A stretch of 64,000 bases of DNA from Gnetum montanum (GCA_015680685.1 MNCI01003361.1:86942-150941); one strand, 5' to 3'. Shown: positions 1 to 13,349, counted from the first letter of the stretch. The notes: a model not told the origin generated them from the letters alone. Translations and numbers: made by a program.

Positions 1-337
1 AAAGTAAAAATAAAACATAACTCACAGGACTATGACAAAGAGGCTGAAATGTTGTCTTTAGCAAGTCATCTTACAAGCAATCTTTCACAATGTCTTCTTT
101 ACAAATGCTAAGACCTTGAGTGAGACCGCGAGTGTGTGATGTAAAGTGTCCTTCCTTCCTATCCTTGAAGCCCTTTTATAAGGTCTCATAGGTAGTTAGG
201 TATTAAAAAATATCTTAGGTAACTTCTCTTCCAAGTAAGGAAGTTATAACTTGCCCAACAAGTTAAGAGATATTACTTGCCCAACAAGTTAGGAAGTTGT
301 AACTTATACATAAAGTTAGGAGAAAATCATGCTAACA
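1..337. mobile_element. Probable LTR remnant cut by the window edge
   Basis: TATA-like ttttataa near 175, short tandem repeats (taacttgcccaacaagtta) at about 220-320, ends in ...gctaaCA; no coding context in the window. Confidence 0.35.
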
Positions 338-499
338 TTGACATGTGTAAATATTACAAATATTGCTTTTATAATCAACCTATATAAAAATAAATCCAAA
401 AGAGCTTCATACAATTGTCATTTTATTTTTATTTAGGATTTTAATTACCCACCATGTATAAAGCCTTAGTAATTCATTTGAGATAATTAAATTAATGCT

Positions 500-2190
500 A
501 GATCTTTAATAAGAACTCCATACAATTGTTGCATGTAAGAAAAATTTGCTGAAATTATTTTTAGCCACCAAACCATATGAAATTGTAATTTTATTTTGTG
601 ATTTCAATTCCGTGCATTCAGGTTTTGCACTTGTCTTCAGCGATGATGGTTTCTTCCGAATAAACTGTAACCTTGATTCATCGGCATCGGCTAAATAATC
701 TCTTGGTTCCGCTGATTCAGTTGTGCATCTGTCTTACTGTGTCTTCATGTCTCTGTGACCGCACTTGATGGATTGGCAATGGCGATGACGAATGCGTTGG
801 CGTCGGGCACTGCTGCTGTTTTTGGTAAGGTTGTCGTGTGTTCCATAAAAAACTATAGTCGTTGTAACCTTTGCCGCTACCTGTATGGTTTTTGAAAGCA
901 TCTATCATCTCTTGCAACACTTGTTTCCATCCGATCGCTGAAACTGCCTTTGATGAATTGATCTTGGTGAACAAATTTTAATAGCATACATAATATTCTT
1001 TCATTTGCTAAAAGAGATTCAGCAAATCCGATCAAATAAACGTAGGATGAGAGATGAAATCCCTGCTCAAATTCTTGTTGTATAACTGCTTTAGCGTTGC
1101 CCAAAACTGAAAGCAGATAATGTCGAATTTGGATCTCGTGAATTTCAACTTTATAATGCCTCTTGGGCAACGTAGATTCCTGAGAATGATGCCTACCATT
1201 GCAACTCCGCCGTGTTTCCCTATTGAAATCCTGAAACTGCTGTGTAACCGTGGTCAGACATTTTCGGCATTTCCCGGTGTCTTTCCCGTTGTTGGCTGTG
1301 CGCGATTAGTAATTGCCATCGGCAGTAAAGAACATGTTTTGGAAGATTCAACTTGGTTGTTCGATAACTCCGCCGGCCTCATGTGCCTCCCGCTTCTTTC
1401 TTCTTTATTTTCCACCACCTCGCGCGCGTTGCATCCACCGACGATCTTTTCCCTGGATAGATTCAAGCTCTGCATTTTTTTTCAGTTTGGTAACGTTGGG
1501 ATGCATCGCTGGTTGACAGAGTTTCATGTCTTAGTGACACCGTTTCTGCATGATTTCACGGTGGTCAACACTGCATGGTCTGGAGACTCATGGTTGTCAT
1601 CGTTGCCGTTCGACTACTAGTCGTGGCAAAAACAACTCTGGTTATGATAAGGTGTCTCTGTTTGGGATCTTCTGGGTGATTCTCCCTGCTACTGTTTGTT
1701 TGGTGTTTCGTGGCCTTAGGGGTGCATCGTTCCGTGAGTTTACATGCCGCATAGGTCATGCAAGGGTTGCCTTGGCCCTACTAGCCGCGCATCCCCTGTT
1801 TGAGGGCCGCTACCCTCTGTTTCCTTCAATAGCTTACTGATCAACATATTGCCCAAACTTTGATAAATTCGTATTTCTTTTGAAATTCTTTCGAAATTAT
1901 TTGAGGCTTTCCAAATTATTTGAGCGCAGATTCTTTGAACAAATATGGGAAACCTGAAACACTGTTTTCTATCACCTTCTCCTGTTCATTCTTTAACAGT
2001 ATCCAAGAATTTGCCAGTTATTTTATTTATTGTTTTCATTCGTTCCATCTTTTCATCCAATCTTTTTTTTTTAACGAGTGATAGGAATAAATACCTTTTC
2101 AAACTACATCTTGCCATTTCAAATAGTTATATTGAAATATTTTGAAGGTCTCAATCATCTCATATCTCTGTTCCATGAAATGGCTAAAAT
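500..2190 (-). pseudogene. CpG-rich degenerate coding-like region of unknown identity (possibly a TE accessory-ORF remnant)
   Basis: Long open stretches on the minus strand broken by stops and frameshifts (e.g. ...KQCFRFPIFVQRICAQIIW..., KVEIHEIQIRHYLLSVLG...); CpG-rich compared with the flanks. Confidence 0.3.
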
Positions 2191-2198
2191 GTGCCAAC

Positions 2199-4255
2199 AC
2201 TTAGTTTAGCAAGTTTCTATAGACGATTCATAAAAAATTTTAGTGGTATTTCATGATCTATATTTACTTTGTTAAAGAAAAATAAAGATTTTAGGGGGAA
2301 TAATGAAACCCAAGGGAGCTTTGACTTGTTGAAAGCAAAGATTACCAGTAAACCAATGCTTGCAATTCTAGATTTTCAAATGCTTTTTTAGGTGGAGGTG
2401 GATGCAAATGGACTTGCCATTGGTAGGGTACTTTTAATAGAAAGATAGGCTTCTTTCTTTCTTTTCAAAAAAGTTGAATAAGTCAAGGAAAAAATATAGC
2501 ATATATGAAAAGGAGTTATACACTATTCTTCAAGCAATCAAGCATTGGAGGCATTACTTGTTACTCAAGCAATTCATTTTGATCATGGAACACAAAGCAC
2601 TACAATTTCTGAACTCTCAAAAGAAGTTGAGTGCAAAGCACATGAAGTGGTTGACTAGTTGCAAGAGTTCAATTTTGTGTTGAAGCACAAAAGTAGAAAG
2701 GCCAATGGGGTGGCTGATGCATTGTCCAAGATGCATGTGGTTAATTTCAGCATGCCTCATGTGAAAGGTATGGGTGATTTTGCTAGTTTATATGAGAATG
2801 ATATTGATTTTGGTCAAGTGTGGAAAAGCCTCAAAGAGCCATTGATGAGTAGGATAGACTAGTGGAGGGACTATCATATTCAAGATGAACTGTTATTTAA
2901 GAATGGAAAGGTATGTGTTCATAATTGTGATTTTAGAAAAAATATTTTGTTTAAAAAGCATTGTAGTGACATGGAAAGCCACATGAGCAAAGATAAAACA
3001 TTGGAACTTATGGATAGGCACTATTTTCAACCTGGTATGGCAACTTAAGTTTTCAAATTTATGAAAGAGTGCTTAACATATCAAAAGTTCAAAGGAAGTA
3101 AAGGTGTGGATGGATACTATATACCTTTTTAAATTCCCAAGGATCCATGGAAAAGTATATCTATGAATTTTGTAAGTGGTATTCCAAGAATCAAAAGTGG
3201 AAAATGATGTAATTTTTATTATTGTGAAAAGATTCTCCAAGATGATACACTTCATTCCATGTAAGAAGGTAAGTAATCCTTTTCATGTTGCAAATTTGTT
3301 TTTCCAACATGTTGTAAAGTTGCATGGAATTCTTTTGAATATTGTTAGTGATAAAGACTCCAAATTCACAAGTCACTTTTGGAGGTCCATTTGGAAAATT
3401 TTAGGAATAAGGTTAAATTTTTCTAGTACATATCATCCATAATCTGATGGCCAAAATGGAAATGGTGTATAAATCCTTCCTAAACATATTAAGATATTTG
3501 TATGATGGACAACCAAATAGGGGTAAAACTTTTTTGTATCATGTTGAGTTTTTGTACAATAATGTTTTTTATATTGCTATTGGTAAAAGCTCATTTCATG
3601 TGATCTATGGATTTTGTCCAAAGATGGTAAACACTTTGAAGAGCTTTGATGGTGAAGCTCAACTTAGTGCTGATTTTGTGTAAGAGATGAAGGATCTCCA
3701 TGCACAAGTAAAATCAAATCTTGAGAAGAAGGCTGAAAAGAGATTCCTCAAGAGGAAGAAGAGCAAATAGAAGTCAAATTTCATTGTTGGTAACTTGGTT
3801 TTGGTGCACTTGAAGAAGAAGTGATTCAGAGGTGTTAACCTCTCCAAGTTGAAAGCCAAGAAGATGGGGCCTTTCAAAATTAAAGCTAAGATTAATGATA
3901 ATGCTTTTAAGATTGATTTACCAAACAATATTGGTACGTCTTTTGTATTTAATGTTTTAGATCTTGTGCACTATCATGGGCTTATTGATGAGAAGACCAT
4001 AGAGGAGTAGCATTGATGAGTTGAAGGGAGCTATTGATCAGTCCAAGCCTTCAAAGGAAAAGAAGGTAATTGTACTCAAGCAAAGAGAATCTTCTAGCAT
4101 TCAAGGAGTCAAGAGGCATGAATACTTGATCCATTGGAAGGATCAATCCATGAATGATGTTGTATGCATCCATGAAACCAAACTCGATGAGTTGGGATCA
4201 CTTTAAACCCTACTCTCTTGTTTACATGAGTTTACTTTTTGAAGGGTGGGAAAGT
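2199..4255 (+). mobile_element. Ty3/Gypsy chromovirus pol fragment (RT end, RNase H, integrase, chromodomain-like tail, PPT), degenerate
   Basis: LASFYRRFIKNFS; DANGLAIG; YSIYEKELYTILQAIKHWRHYLL; ANGVADALS; VKRFSKMIHFIPC, IVSDKDSKFTSHFW, SSTYHP; GPFKI; EYLIHWKD; purine tract gaagggtgggaaag at about 4241-4254. Confidence 0.9.
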
Positions 4256-4402
4256 TGGTGTAGTGACATCTCATCTAATCCCATTGTTCTTTCCTACATG
4301 AGATTATCTCCTTGATCTCCAAGACATCTCAACAAAGCCTAAAACTAGTAAAAATCACATGTAGGGAAGTACAAGGGGATCAGAAGAGGTGTTGCTACAC
4401 CA
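4256..4402. repeat. 147-bp foldback with about 50-bp arms at the PPT/LTR junction (TG...CA)
   Basis: tggtgtagtgacatctcatctaatcccattgttctttcctacatgagatt versus the reverse complement of 4353-4402, tggtgtagcaacacctcttctgatccccttgtacttccctacatgtgatt. Confidence 0.75.
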
Positions 4403-6770
4403 TTAGCAAAGGCCAAGATCAACACAACTATGTAACAATTACTAAAATGATAGACCATCCTTGATAGCATCACATAAGTGCATCAAACTAAGATGAAAGA
4501 AAAGGACTTGAAAAGAAGACATGACTCAATACACGGAATTGGTTAAAGGTATGCAAATTTAGCCATGTTAACAGTGGGTAGGCCTAGGAATGAACTAGAA
4601 CAATAATAGTTAACAATCATCATCATCCTAGCCTTGTCCCAACAAACTAAAGTTATTTACATAAGAGTAGTCAATAATATGCACCTATTAGATAAAAAAG
4701 AGCTTAAAGATAGGAAGAAAGAACAATAAAAGCTTCATATTGCCAATGCAGAATTGTAAGTGCTAAAGGGGGCTGGCCATCCATGGTCTGTTTACCCAAA
4801 ACAACATAATAATGGACAATGATCAGTTGTCAACCGTTCTTTCCCTTTGACCTCCATCCCTTGGCTCACAAGAAAATGGGAGCTCACCTAGACCCTGTCA
4901 ATCTTTGTCATAACAAGGTCATCGCCCTTCTGCCATTTACTCCATGTGTATTAGCAACCTCCAATCTCTAGGTCCACTAGCTCCTATAAAGCTAGAAATT
5001 TCAAAAAATCCTAAGCTCCTAGGGAATCCTGGGCACCACCTCCAAACTTCTTCCAACCATACAACCATTGATTGAAATCCTCCACAAGAAACCACTAGTG
5101 TTTATCTTGAATCAGGGAAGCAATCCTATTCAATTCCTATAACCGCTCCTCCCAACATTGAGGCCCATAGAAGTTTGTGAGTCAAATGCCAGCATCTCTC
5201 AGGAAAATCGCAAAGCTCCAGGTGGAGCTGAATGTAATATAACTTCAAAGGGCCACCATGACAGGAGGCCAATCCTCTAACACACAACTAGCTACATCTA
5301 CCACCCCTGCCATCAAAGCCTATGGATCTACTGCTGCCAGAGTTTAGTTTCCTGCAAGCAAACAATATCACAATTCTCCTTACGCACCATTTCTCTTAAG
5401 ATATTTCTTTTATAGGAGGTACCTTGTCCCCTGTAGTTCCATGAGAGGATTCTTACGTCTTGCTCGAAACATGCTTCTTGTAAACTTCTTTGAGGGTTGT
5501 TTAGAACCCCAAATCAATCTGTAACTACATTTTCTTGGAATGAGATGTTGAACTTGATGATCTCCCAACTTTTCCAAAGTCCAATGAAACTGGGAAGGCA
5601 TCACTCCCCTGGCATCCCTTATGGTAATATTGCATATGGACATTAAGGGGTTGCCTCTAGCCACTGATACCCAACTCCCAAGAAGGGGTAGCTCCATCCC
5701 CATAGTCCTATGCCTTTCCCTTGAGGTCACGGGGGATCCAAGCATCACAGTCAACCCCGACGATGTCCCATCAACGCTCTCCTACAGCCCTACCATGGCA
5801 CCATCCTTTTCCTACATTCCTATCCAAGGATTCTTCCCTTGTTATTCCATTCCAATGCTACCCTTTACCTATGTCTTCGACACAAAGCCCTCATAACCTG
5901 GAGGAGCAAGCCCCTAAGAAACCACCCTTGCTTGAGGGGCCCTCAGCATTTCTATTTTCTTCTTACTAGGCAACTTTTACCCACCCTGCAATCTATTGTT
6001 AGGTGACCTGCTGTACCACAAGGATCACAGTGTGTTGTTGACATATGCCTTTTTACTCCCTGTGTTTCAACCACCACATTCTTGTATCTGACAACAACTT
6101 TTTCCTCCCCTAAGGGTAGGACCAAGATAACCTCCTTAACTAGGTCCTTCAACAACAATGACCTCCAAATGTAGAAACATGCAAATCCCATTTGCTCTTT
6201 GGACCCCTTGAATTTTTCGAACAAGATGAACTCACCAAAGAAACCAACCAATGTCCTAAGAAAATCCAAAGTCCAAAACTCCCATGGAATCCCACATACC
6301 TGAATTCAAACAAGAGCTCTAGCAAAAAGATCCAAGTCATGGTGTGCTCCTAGCCACCAATAAGTCAAGGCCAATCCCCTTATCCGAAAAAACCAAGGGC
6401 CACCAGTCAAAATCTTGTTCCTATTCGCAGTAATCAAAAAAGTAAAAAGTAGAAGATTCCCTGGAAGATTATGCACCTCCACAGGGTAGAAACCCCAATG
6501 CGTGGCAACTGACTTCCTGACCAAGTTCAAACTAGGACTAGCTTTTGCAAACATGAACCTCCCAGTTAGGCTTAACTCAACTATTTTGAGCCCCTTTATG
6601 AGTGGTGCCTTCACATGCAGACACATAGAATGCTCACTATGCTTACATGTCTCAATTCCCCCAACCCTAGAGCACCAAGAAACCCCACTTCTAGATCCAA
6701 CCCCTCCGCCATCAACACCAAACCATGCACCCCTAATCCCATGCTACCTGATTTCCCACCCATCATAATT
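4403..6770 (-). mobile_element. L1-clade LINE, 3'-truncated (ORF1 DUF4283-like plus zinc knuckle; ORF2 endonuclease and start of RT)
   Basis: ELSLTGRFM...ILTGGPWFF; CDPCGTAGHLTIDC knuckle; VCLQETK, NFYGP, EDFNQ endonuclease motifs at about 5050-5450; same family as the LINE at 7412-13226. Confidence 0.85.
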
Positions 6771-7789
6771 ATCCTTCTAGAAGGATCTCAATAATTGATC
6801 ACATGTTGTTAAGTTATATGTTATAAGTGTATAAGTTTAAAGAAAAATATTTGAACTTGAGAGCTCTAACTTTTCAAGGCTAATTCTAAAGATTATTTAT
6901 TTATTTATTTGGTTAATTTACCATATGTCAATATAATAGAAAAATCAGTATATAAAAACATTAATTCATGTGATTTTTTAAAAAATGATTTTCTTATAGA
7001 AATCACAAGGCTGATAGCATCATGGAGGTACAAATACATGATGCTGATGGATACCATTCATTCTCAATAAGAACTAATCAACAGTACTAATGAGACTAAC
7101 AATTGTGGTGGGGGCACCATCAGCTTTGAGGATGTACGTACCAACAATGGTGTTGGGCACAATCACATCCAAGGAGGTATGCACCAATGATGCTAATTAA
7201 CACCATCAACTCCAATTGAGGTATGAACCCTCGATGTCAAACAATCTAAAGATTTTGGTGTAGGAGTTTCGACAAAATTTTCAAAGGTGTAGGTAGTGAA
7301 ATTAATAACATGTTAGATGAAAATGCAATTATCCTAAGCAATGCAGATAATGGAGAAGGTGAAGTAAATTAAACAATAATAATAATGAATTAAATGGTAA
7401 TAACATTAATTTTCTTTCAGAGTGAAATTCAAGTTTTATAACTCAAAAAATTATATGTACAATCAAGAAAAATGCATCCAGGAATCCTTACTCTAGCCAG
7501 GGAGTATGTCTAGAATAACGCCCCATTCTCCCAAACCCCCAAGCCCAAAACCTTCCCATAATATTCTAACACCTACAAGTTTCTAATTGTTTATAACAAA
7601 ATGACCATCCCAATGCCATACCATAGTTCTACTGAAGGGATCAAACGAAGACAAAACCACACCCAAAAACCCACGCAACCCCATCGCCCCCTACCCCCAC
7701 CCCACCCCCCCACAACACATCTCCTTAAATTCTTTATGTGTCAATCCCATTCCTTGATCTGGCCCTCAATTCAGCCGCAGGTTCATGAG

Positions 7790-8803
7790 TATCCACATCA
7801 TTCAAAGTCATCTTTGCTTCAATCTCCATTCTCACTTCCTCTTCCAGCTCAAACCTCAACTCCCGTCTATAGGTTTTTCCTACCTCTGCCTCCTACGCTT
7901 GATCATTTGCTATAGTTCCGCACATTGTTGCTCAATAGGGTCTGCAATCTGTCATATATCTTCCTCCCTCTCCATCCAACATGTCTTCCATAAAGCCCTC
8001 TCTTCAACCCTTGCATTGTTGGCCATACTGTTACTTGCCTTCACCATCATCACTTGGAGCTCAACCGGCATCGCAGGAACCATCCAACTCCCCAGCTCTT
8101 GTCTCTCCTGCGAATAACTTGGTCCTATTTCCATTCTAGATTCATGACTCTCTTGCCTTGATGTCGATGCTTAATCTTCCAGTCGAGCCCTTGTCCATCT
8201 TCTAAGATACAACTACAACAACGACCTGATCTCCTCTAGCACCATTGGCATTCTAGATCTCCACAATGTAAGAATCAACCTTGGGTGCTAGCCCTTCCAC
8301 TTACACCTCAAACAATCCAACAAAAACCATGGGAAATTTACCTACATACCATGTTTCAAACATGTCACTAGTGCAAAATGCACTCCCAAATACTTATGTG
8401 AGCACCCAAACTGCACAAAGTAACGATCAATAAGCACCGTTGTTGCTTGCCAAATTGGGGGCAAAGCTACCTTCCTTATGTGGCCGCTCGCCATTCTGGG
8501 CATCCTCCCCTAGAAGAACTTTGGAGCATACCTTTGGCTATGTAAAGTTGGCATGATGATATTACCCTCCAATGGCATTTCGAGCACCGCCACTATTGCT
8601 GGCTTTGTGAGCCTAATTCTCCATCCCCAAAAAGTAGTTTCAACCCCATGCCAATTATCAAAAAAGGTTTGATTAGTAACCGCAAGCTCCACTTAAATCG
8701 TATGCAACATCCCTACCCATCCTGCATGCTCAATAAGCCACCAGAGTTCCACATTGTCCCTAAACTCTGTGATGGTCGATTCATGCCACTACACCAACCC
8801 CAT
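7790..8803 (-). pseudogene. LINE-internal third ORF (plant-transposon accessory-protein-like, acidic/coiled-coil C-terminus), degenerate
   Basis: ATG at 8803; one frame for about 195 codons with scattered in-frame stops: ...LIEHAGWVGML...FFDNWHGVETTFWGWRIRLTKPAIVAVLEMPLEG...LPPIWQATTVLIDRYF...HFALVTCLKHGM*VNFPWFLLDCL...HPRLILTLW; lies inside the TSD; left end approximate. Confidence 0.7.
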
Positions 8804-8869
8804 GCTGGTTGAGGCTTCCTCCACAATCTTAGCCCCTAGCCCGCCCCCCCCCCCCCCCCCCCCCCCCTT

Positions 8870-11800
8870 GCAACCTCTGTTGGCAGGCAACTGGGACCCC
8901 CTGAACACCAAATTATTTTGGCATTTCCAAGCATCCATAGTACCACCAAATCCTTGGAATCACCAAACTCAATGTGTGACATCAATTCCACAACCTGCCA
9001 AATGGCCTAAATGTATGGGCATAAATACATAACGTGTTCCATCGTTTCTCAATTGCCATTGCAGAGCAGGCAAGTCGAGTTCAATGCACTATCCCACTCT
9101 CCAAGTAGGCTCTTAACTAAAAGTGCTTTGTGCGCACCCAACCAAGTGAAAGCCTTTATTTTTTCAGGTAGCCTCCCTTTCAAAAGCTTCTTCCATCTCT
9201 GATCCAATGAATACATGGCTTTGGTAGTCTCTATGAGTTCACGTCCCAAAAGTCCCTGCCCAATCATCCCTTAAGCATGCTTGCATAAATTTTGCCGAAG
9301 TCGTGAACTCCCAACATCCACCTCCCATGTCCGATATTTCTACCTTAACATCTTCTTCCCTGAACCTAATTAATCGGTTCATCAATCTTTGCAACCCCAA
9401 CTTGATCTCATCTTTAAAAGATCTAGTACCAATCCCCCCAGAATTTCTAAGTCTTGCAACCTTCTCCCAACATATCAAATGCATCTTTTGAACATCCTTC
9501 CCCCCAGACAATATAAACTGACAAATGACTTGATCAAATTTTTGGGTTACCCTAGTCAACAAAGCCACCATACAAGCAGTAAACCTTGCAATTGCCATCA
9601 ACATCATCGATGCCAATAACATCTTACCCTTTCACGAAAGGAACTTATTAACCTAGCTTCCAATTTTTTGTTGCAATCTCTTTATCCAACCCTTCCATGT
9701 CTTTTTCCGGTGCCAATCAAAAATGGGGATGCCCAAATACGGATCATTATGAAGTCCTAGCAAGATTCATAGTGCCTGAGAAATCCTCCCTTTAACCTAT
9801 TTTGCCATGTTGATCATATATAAAGCCAATTTTGCTTTGTTTATCTCTAGCCCCACTTCTTACCCTAATTGTATGAGAGCCCTCTAAAGTGCCGCATCTT
9901 GAGGCATGGCCACTCTTGCAAAAAGAATTGTGTCATTTACATAATGTTGGATCAGGCAAAACACCCCTGCAATTTTTACACCTTCCATTTCCTCAACCAC
10001 ACAATAGTGCTACAATAAATCCATCATTAATATGAATAGTAACGGGGACAACGGATCCCCTTGCCATAGCCCCCTACTAGTCCCATAAAATCCCCAAAAT
10101 TTACCATCAATAACAAAAGTATACCTACCCAAACTTTGTAAATGTATGCTAAGCTTAACAAATTCTGGTTTGAAACCCTTACGAAGCATTACCTCCTCTA
10201 GTGCCTCCCAACTAATAGTGTCATAGGCTTTGGTGATGTCTAATTTGATGCACATCCCAAGGAAACCCATGCTCCTAAAAGAATGCAAGATCTCTTGTAG
10301 TAAAAGCACCTGATCCTACAAATACCAACCCACCACGAATCCCATCTAATTCTCCCCCACTAATTTTGACATCAACAAGGCCAACTATTGCACAATCATC
10401 TTAACAAAAAGCTGCAATAAGGTGTTACAAACCCCAATTGACCTAAAGTGGACCAAAGATGAAGGGACCAGAGATGAAGGGCAAGGCACCTTTGGGATAA
10501 GAATAATCCATGAATAATTTATTTCCTTGTGAACCTGCTGCAATTTCAACATGTCATTGAAGGCATCAAGCAAGTTCTCCCCAAGGACATCCACAAATTC
10601 CCTGAAGAACTCTATCGGCCACCTATCTGGTCCTGACGCCTTTTTGGGTTTCATTGATTTCATAGCTACATCCAGTTCCTACCTAGCAAAAGGCCTCAGC
10701 AATGCACCATTCTCAACATCCCCCAGAACCCACTAAATCAGTAGAGAGATCTTCTTCCTATCTCTACGTTGCCAAATATCTGTCAAGTATTTCTACACTG
10801 CCTCCACCACCAAACTAGTGCCTCCCATCTATTCTTCCTCCAACACCAAATGTAACTTCTATCTTGTTTGTCCATGTCCCTTTGCCATAGCAAAGAGAAA
10901 GCATGTATTACAATCCCCCTCCCTTAGCCAGTTTACCCATGCCTATTGACGCCAACAACCTTCCTCTTCTAGATCAAGCTCCTATAACTCCTGCAACACC
11001 TCACTTTCCTCATTTGTCAAATCAGCCCCATTTTCTTACCTCTCTTAAATTTCCCATAGTCTATCTTGTAACTGTGCACAATAGGCTCTGAAATTATACT
11101 TTTCCTTGAACACCCTTTCCCGAATTCGTTGTTTGAGAGTTCGCAACCCCTATTTCAAGAACTCTCTGGGATCTTAATCATGTGCATATTCCTACCATAT
11201 GTCTTAAACCAATGGCCATTGCCATGCCTTTTCCAACCACATGCGCTTGAAGCAAAAGTGCCTAGGACACGACCCTCCCAGCTTCTTAACCTGAAAAACA
11301 AGCAACCGATGATCAAATGCTTGACTTTCCCTCTCCATCACCTAAATATCAAGTTCCAACACCATCCTTATACTCACCCACACCCTGTTGATCTGCAACT
11401 GGACCCTATCCTTCCCTTTCCTTTGATTAATCCATGTGCACTGACAACTTGCTATCTCCAAGTCCACTAGTTCTTGCTCCTACATAAACTCCACACATTC
11501 TGGTCCCCTCGGGGGATTCCTAGTTTCCTCTCCCCTCTTTTTCTACAAAAATAATCGCTAATTGAAGTCCCCAATCATCATCCAATGATGCTTATTGGAA
11601 ACCACTGTCACCAAACACTACAGCACCAAACGCTACAGCTCATGTACCTGCACCTCCCAATTCTAGGCACCGTACACATTGGTTAGCCAAAGATTTTCAT
11701 GTTTTACATGAATAGTCTAACTTCATTGTGACTTGTCAATCAACACAAACTGCAACTGTGAAAATATAGCAAGCCTGCCAGCCCATCCTCGACAAGGCAC

Positions 11801-11968
11801 CATCTACGACTACCATCCCTCCCAATCCAACAAACTATACTCAAATGCATTCAACTTTGTTTCCTGCAAGCAAACAACTTCACACCCTTCATTTCTCACA
11901 ATCTTCCTCAAGGTATTTCTTTTGTAGGGGGTATCTTGTCCTCTATAATTCCAATATAGCAACCTCAT
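8870..11968 (-). pseudogene. LINE ORF2 (APE endonuclease, RT, zf-RVT), degenerate
   Basis: MRLLYWNYRG...VCLQETK; KASGPD..PIEFF; IKLDITKAYDTISW; GLWQGDPLSPLLF; IQHYVNDT; YLGIP; HLICWEKV; PEKIKAFTWL; CLLC..ETMEHV..CP; WKCQNNLVF. Confidence 0.9.
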
Positions 11969-12449
11969 GAGTGACCTAGTGAGCATATTTGGTAGACCTT
12001 TTTCAGGGTCCTCTGCAATGCCAAATCAATGTCGAACTGCATTTGCTTTTTCCTAGCAAGCTACATCCCCATGTGCCCAACCTTCCCCCCAATTGGAAAA
12101 ACCATCAACACATCTACCGAAGCCTTAAGCAGTTTGTGTTGGGCATCAAGAATATCTTTCATCAGTGGTTTGCCCAAACCTCTAGCCACTTCAATCCAAC
12201 TTCCCCATAGTAGACACTCCCCCTTTGGCAAACTTGTGCCTTCAACCCTCACCTTTGGCATGCAAGGTGTTAGCTCACTGCATGCTTCCACCCATAACCC
12301 TCCCTGCTATTCCGCCTATGGTTCTTCCTTCTACTCCACCTACAACACCAGCACTAGGGCCTCCACCGACTCCTCCTGTAGCTTTGACACTACCTACTCC
12401 TGCTTAATTCAGAACCAACCTAATTGTATTAGTTACACAAGTGGAGGTG

Positions 12450-13145
12450 ACCCCTTCGGCTTCTTGGCGCAAGCCTTGCACTCTACCTCCCGATGCCCTG
12501 CTTTCCCACATAAAGTGCATCCTGCCTTCTTAACTATCTAGGGTTGCACCTCCCCAATATTTTTGCATTCGATCCAAATTTTTTCTACTCTAGATGAAAG
12601 AGCCAAATTAATCTCATTTACTAAATCCTTAGATGACAATGACTTCCATATGAAAAAATGTGCAAAACCCATCCTCTCCATCGAGCGTGTGAACTAATCA
12701 TACATGATGAAATCCCTAAAAGCCCTTGCAAGGATTTCCAAGAACTCCGGAGTCCACCATTCCCAAGGTATCCTCGTGGCCCAAATCCACACTAACGCCT
12801 GGCTAAAAAGGTCCTCCTCTCAATGGACACTTGGCCGCCACTTGGTCAATGCTAAGCCCCACACCCCATAGAACCATGAACCCCCACTAGGACCCAATCC
12901 CGGTCCTCCCCTGTGCTGAAGATCAAGAGTAGCAACTCCTCCAACAAACATCGCACCCCAATGTCTGCCAAACCCCAAGCATTTTGTGCCCACTGTTTAA
13001 TCAAGTCTAGGTGAGGGAGCACTCCACTAGACATAAATTTCCCAATAAGACTAAGCTCCATTGTTCTCATTCCTACTTCTAGGGGCCCATGCACCTTTAA
13101 AGTCACGTTTACACCCTACCTAGAGACTTCCCATCTCGACCATGC
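12450..13145 (-). pseudogene. LINE ORF1 (DUF4283-like plus knuckle), degenerate
   Basis: ELSLIGKFMSSG...IKQWAQNAWGL...LLIFSTGEDRDWVL, typical of plant L1 ORF1. Confidence 0.8.
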
Positions 13146-13349
13146 TCATTGCCCCATTTGCGCCCACCCCCAGCCCCCAGAGGCCTGCTCTTGCAATCCA
13201 GAATTCCACCATGTAAGACTTATTTTTGGTAATAACATTAATTAAGTCTTATTTATATCATAGTTTTAATTTAAGCTATAATTATTATTATTTATTTGAT
13301 ATTATCTCTACTACCACTTTAGTTAAAGTCTTAAAATTTATTTTTTAAT

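Larger units (their letters stand above)
7412..13226 (-). mobile_element. Full-length degenerate L1-clade LINE with a 17-bp TSD and an extra 3' ORF
   Basis: TSD tggtaataacattaatt at 7395-7411 and 13227-13243; ORF1, then endonuclease, RT and zf-RVT, then an extra ORF. Confidence 0.92.

Noticed and set aside
1954-2183. MADS exon 3 / K-box exons (AG..GT-bounded 2095-2183, acceptor at 1954)
   Set aside because: The phase fits, but the exon has three in-frame stops and no convincing K-box heptads, and the putative intron is purine-rich and coding-like.
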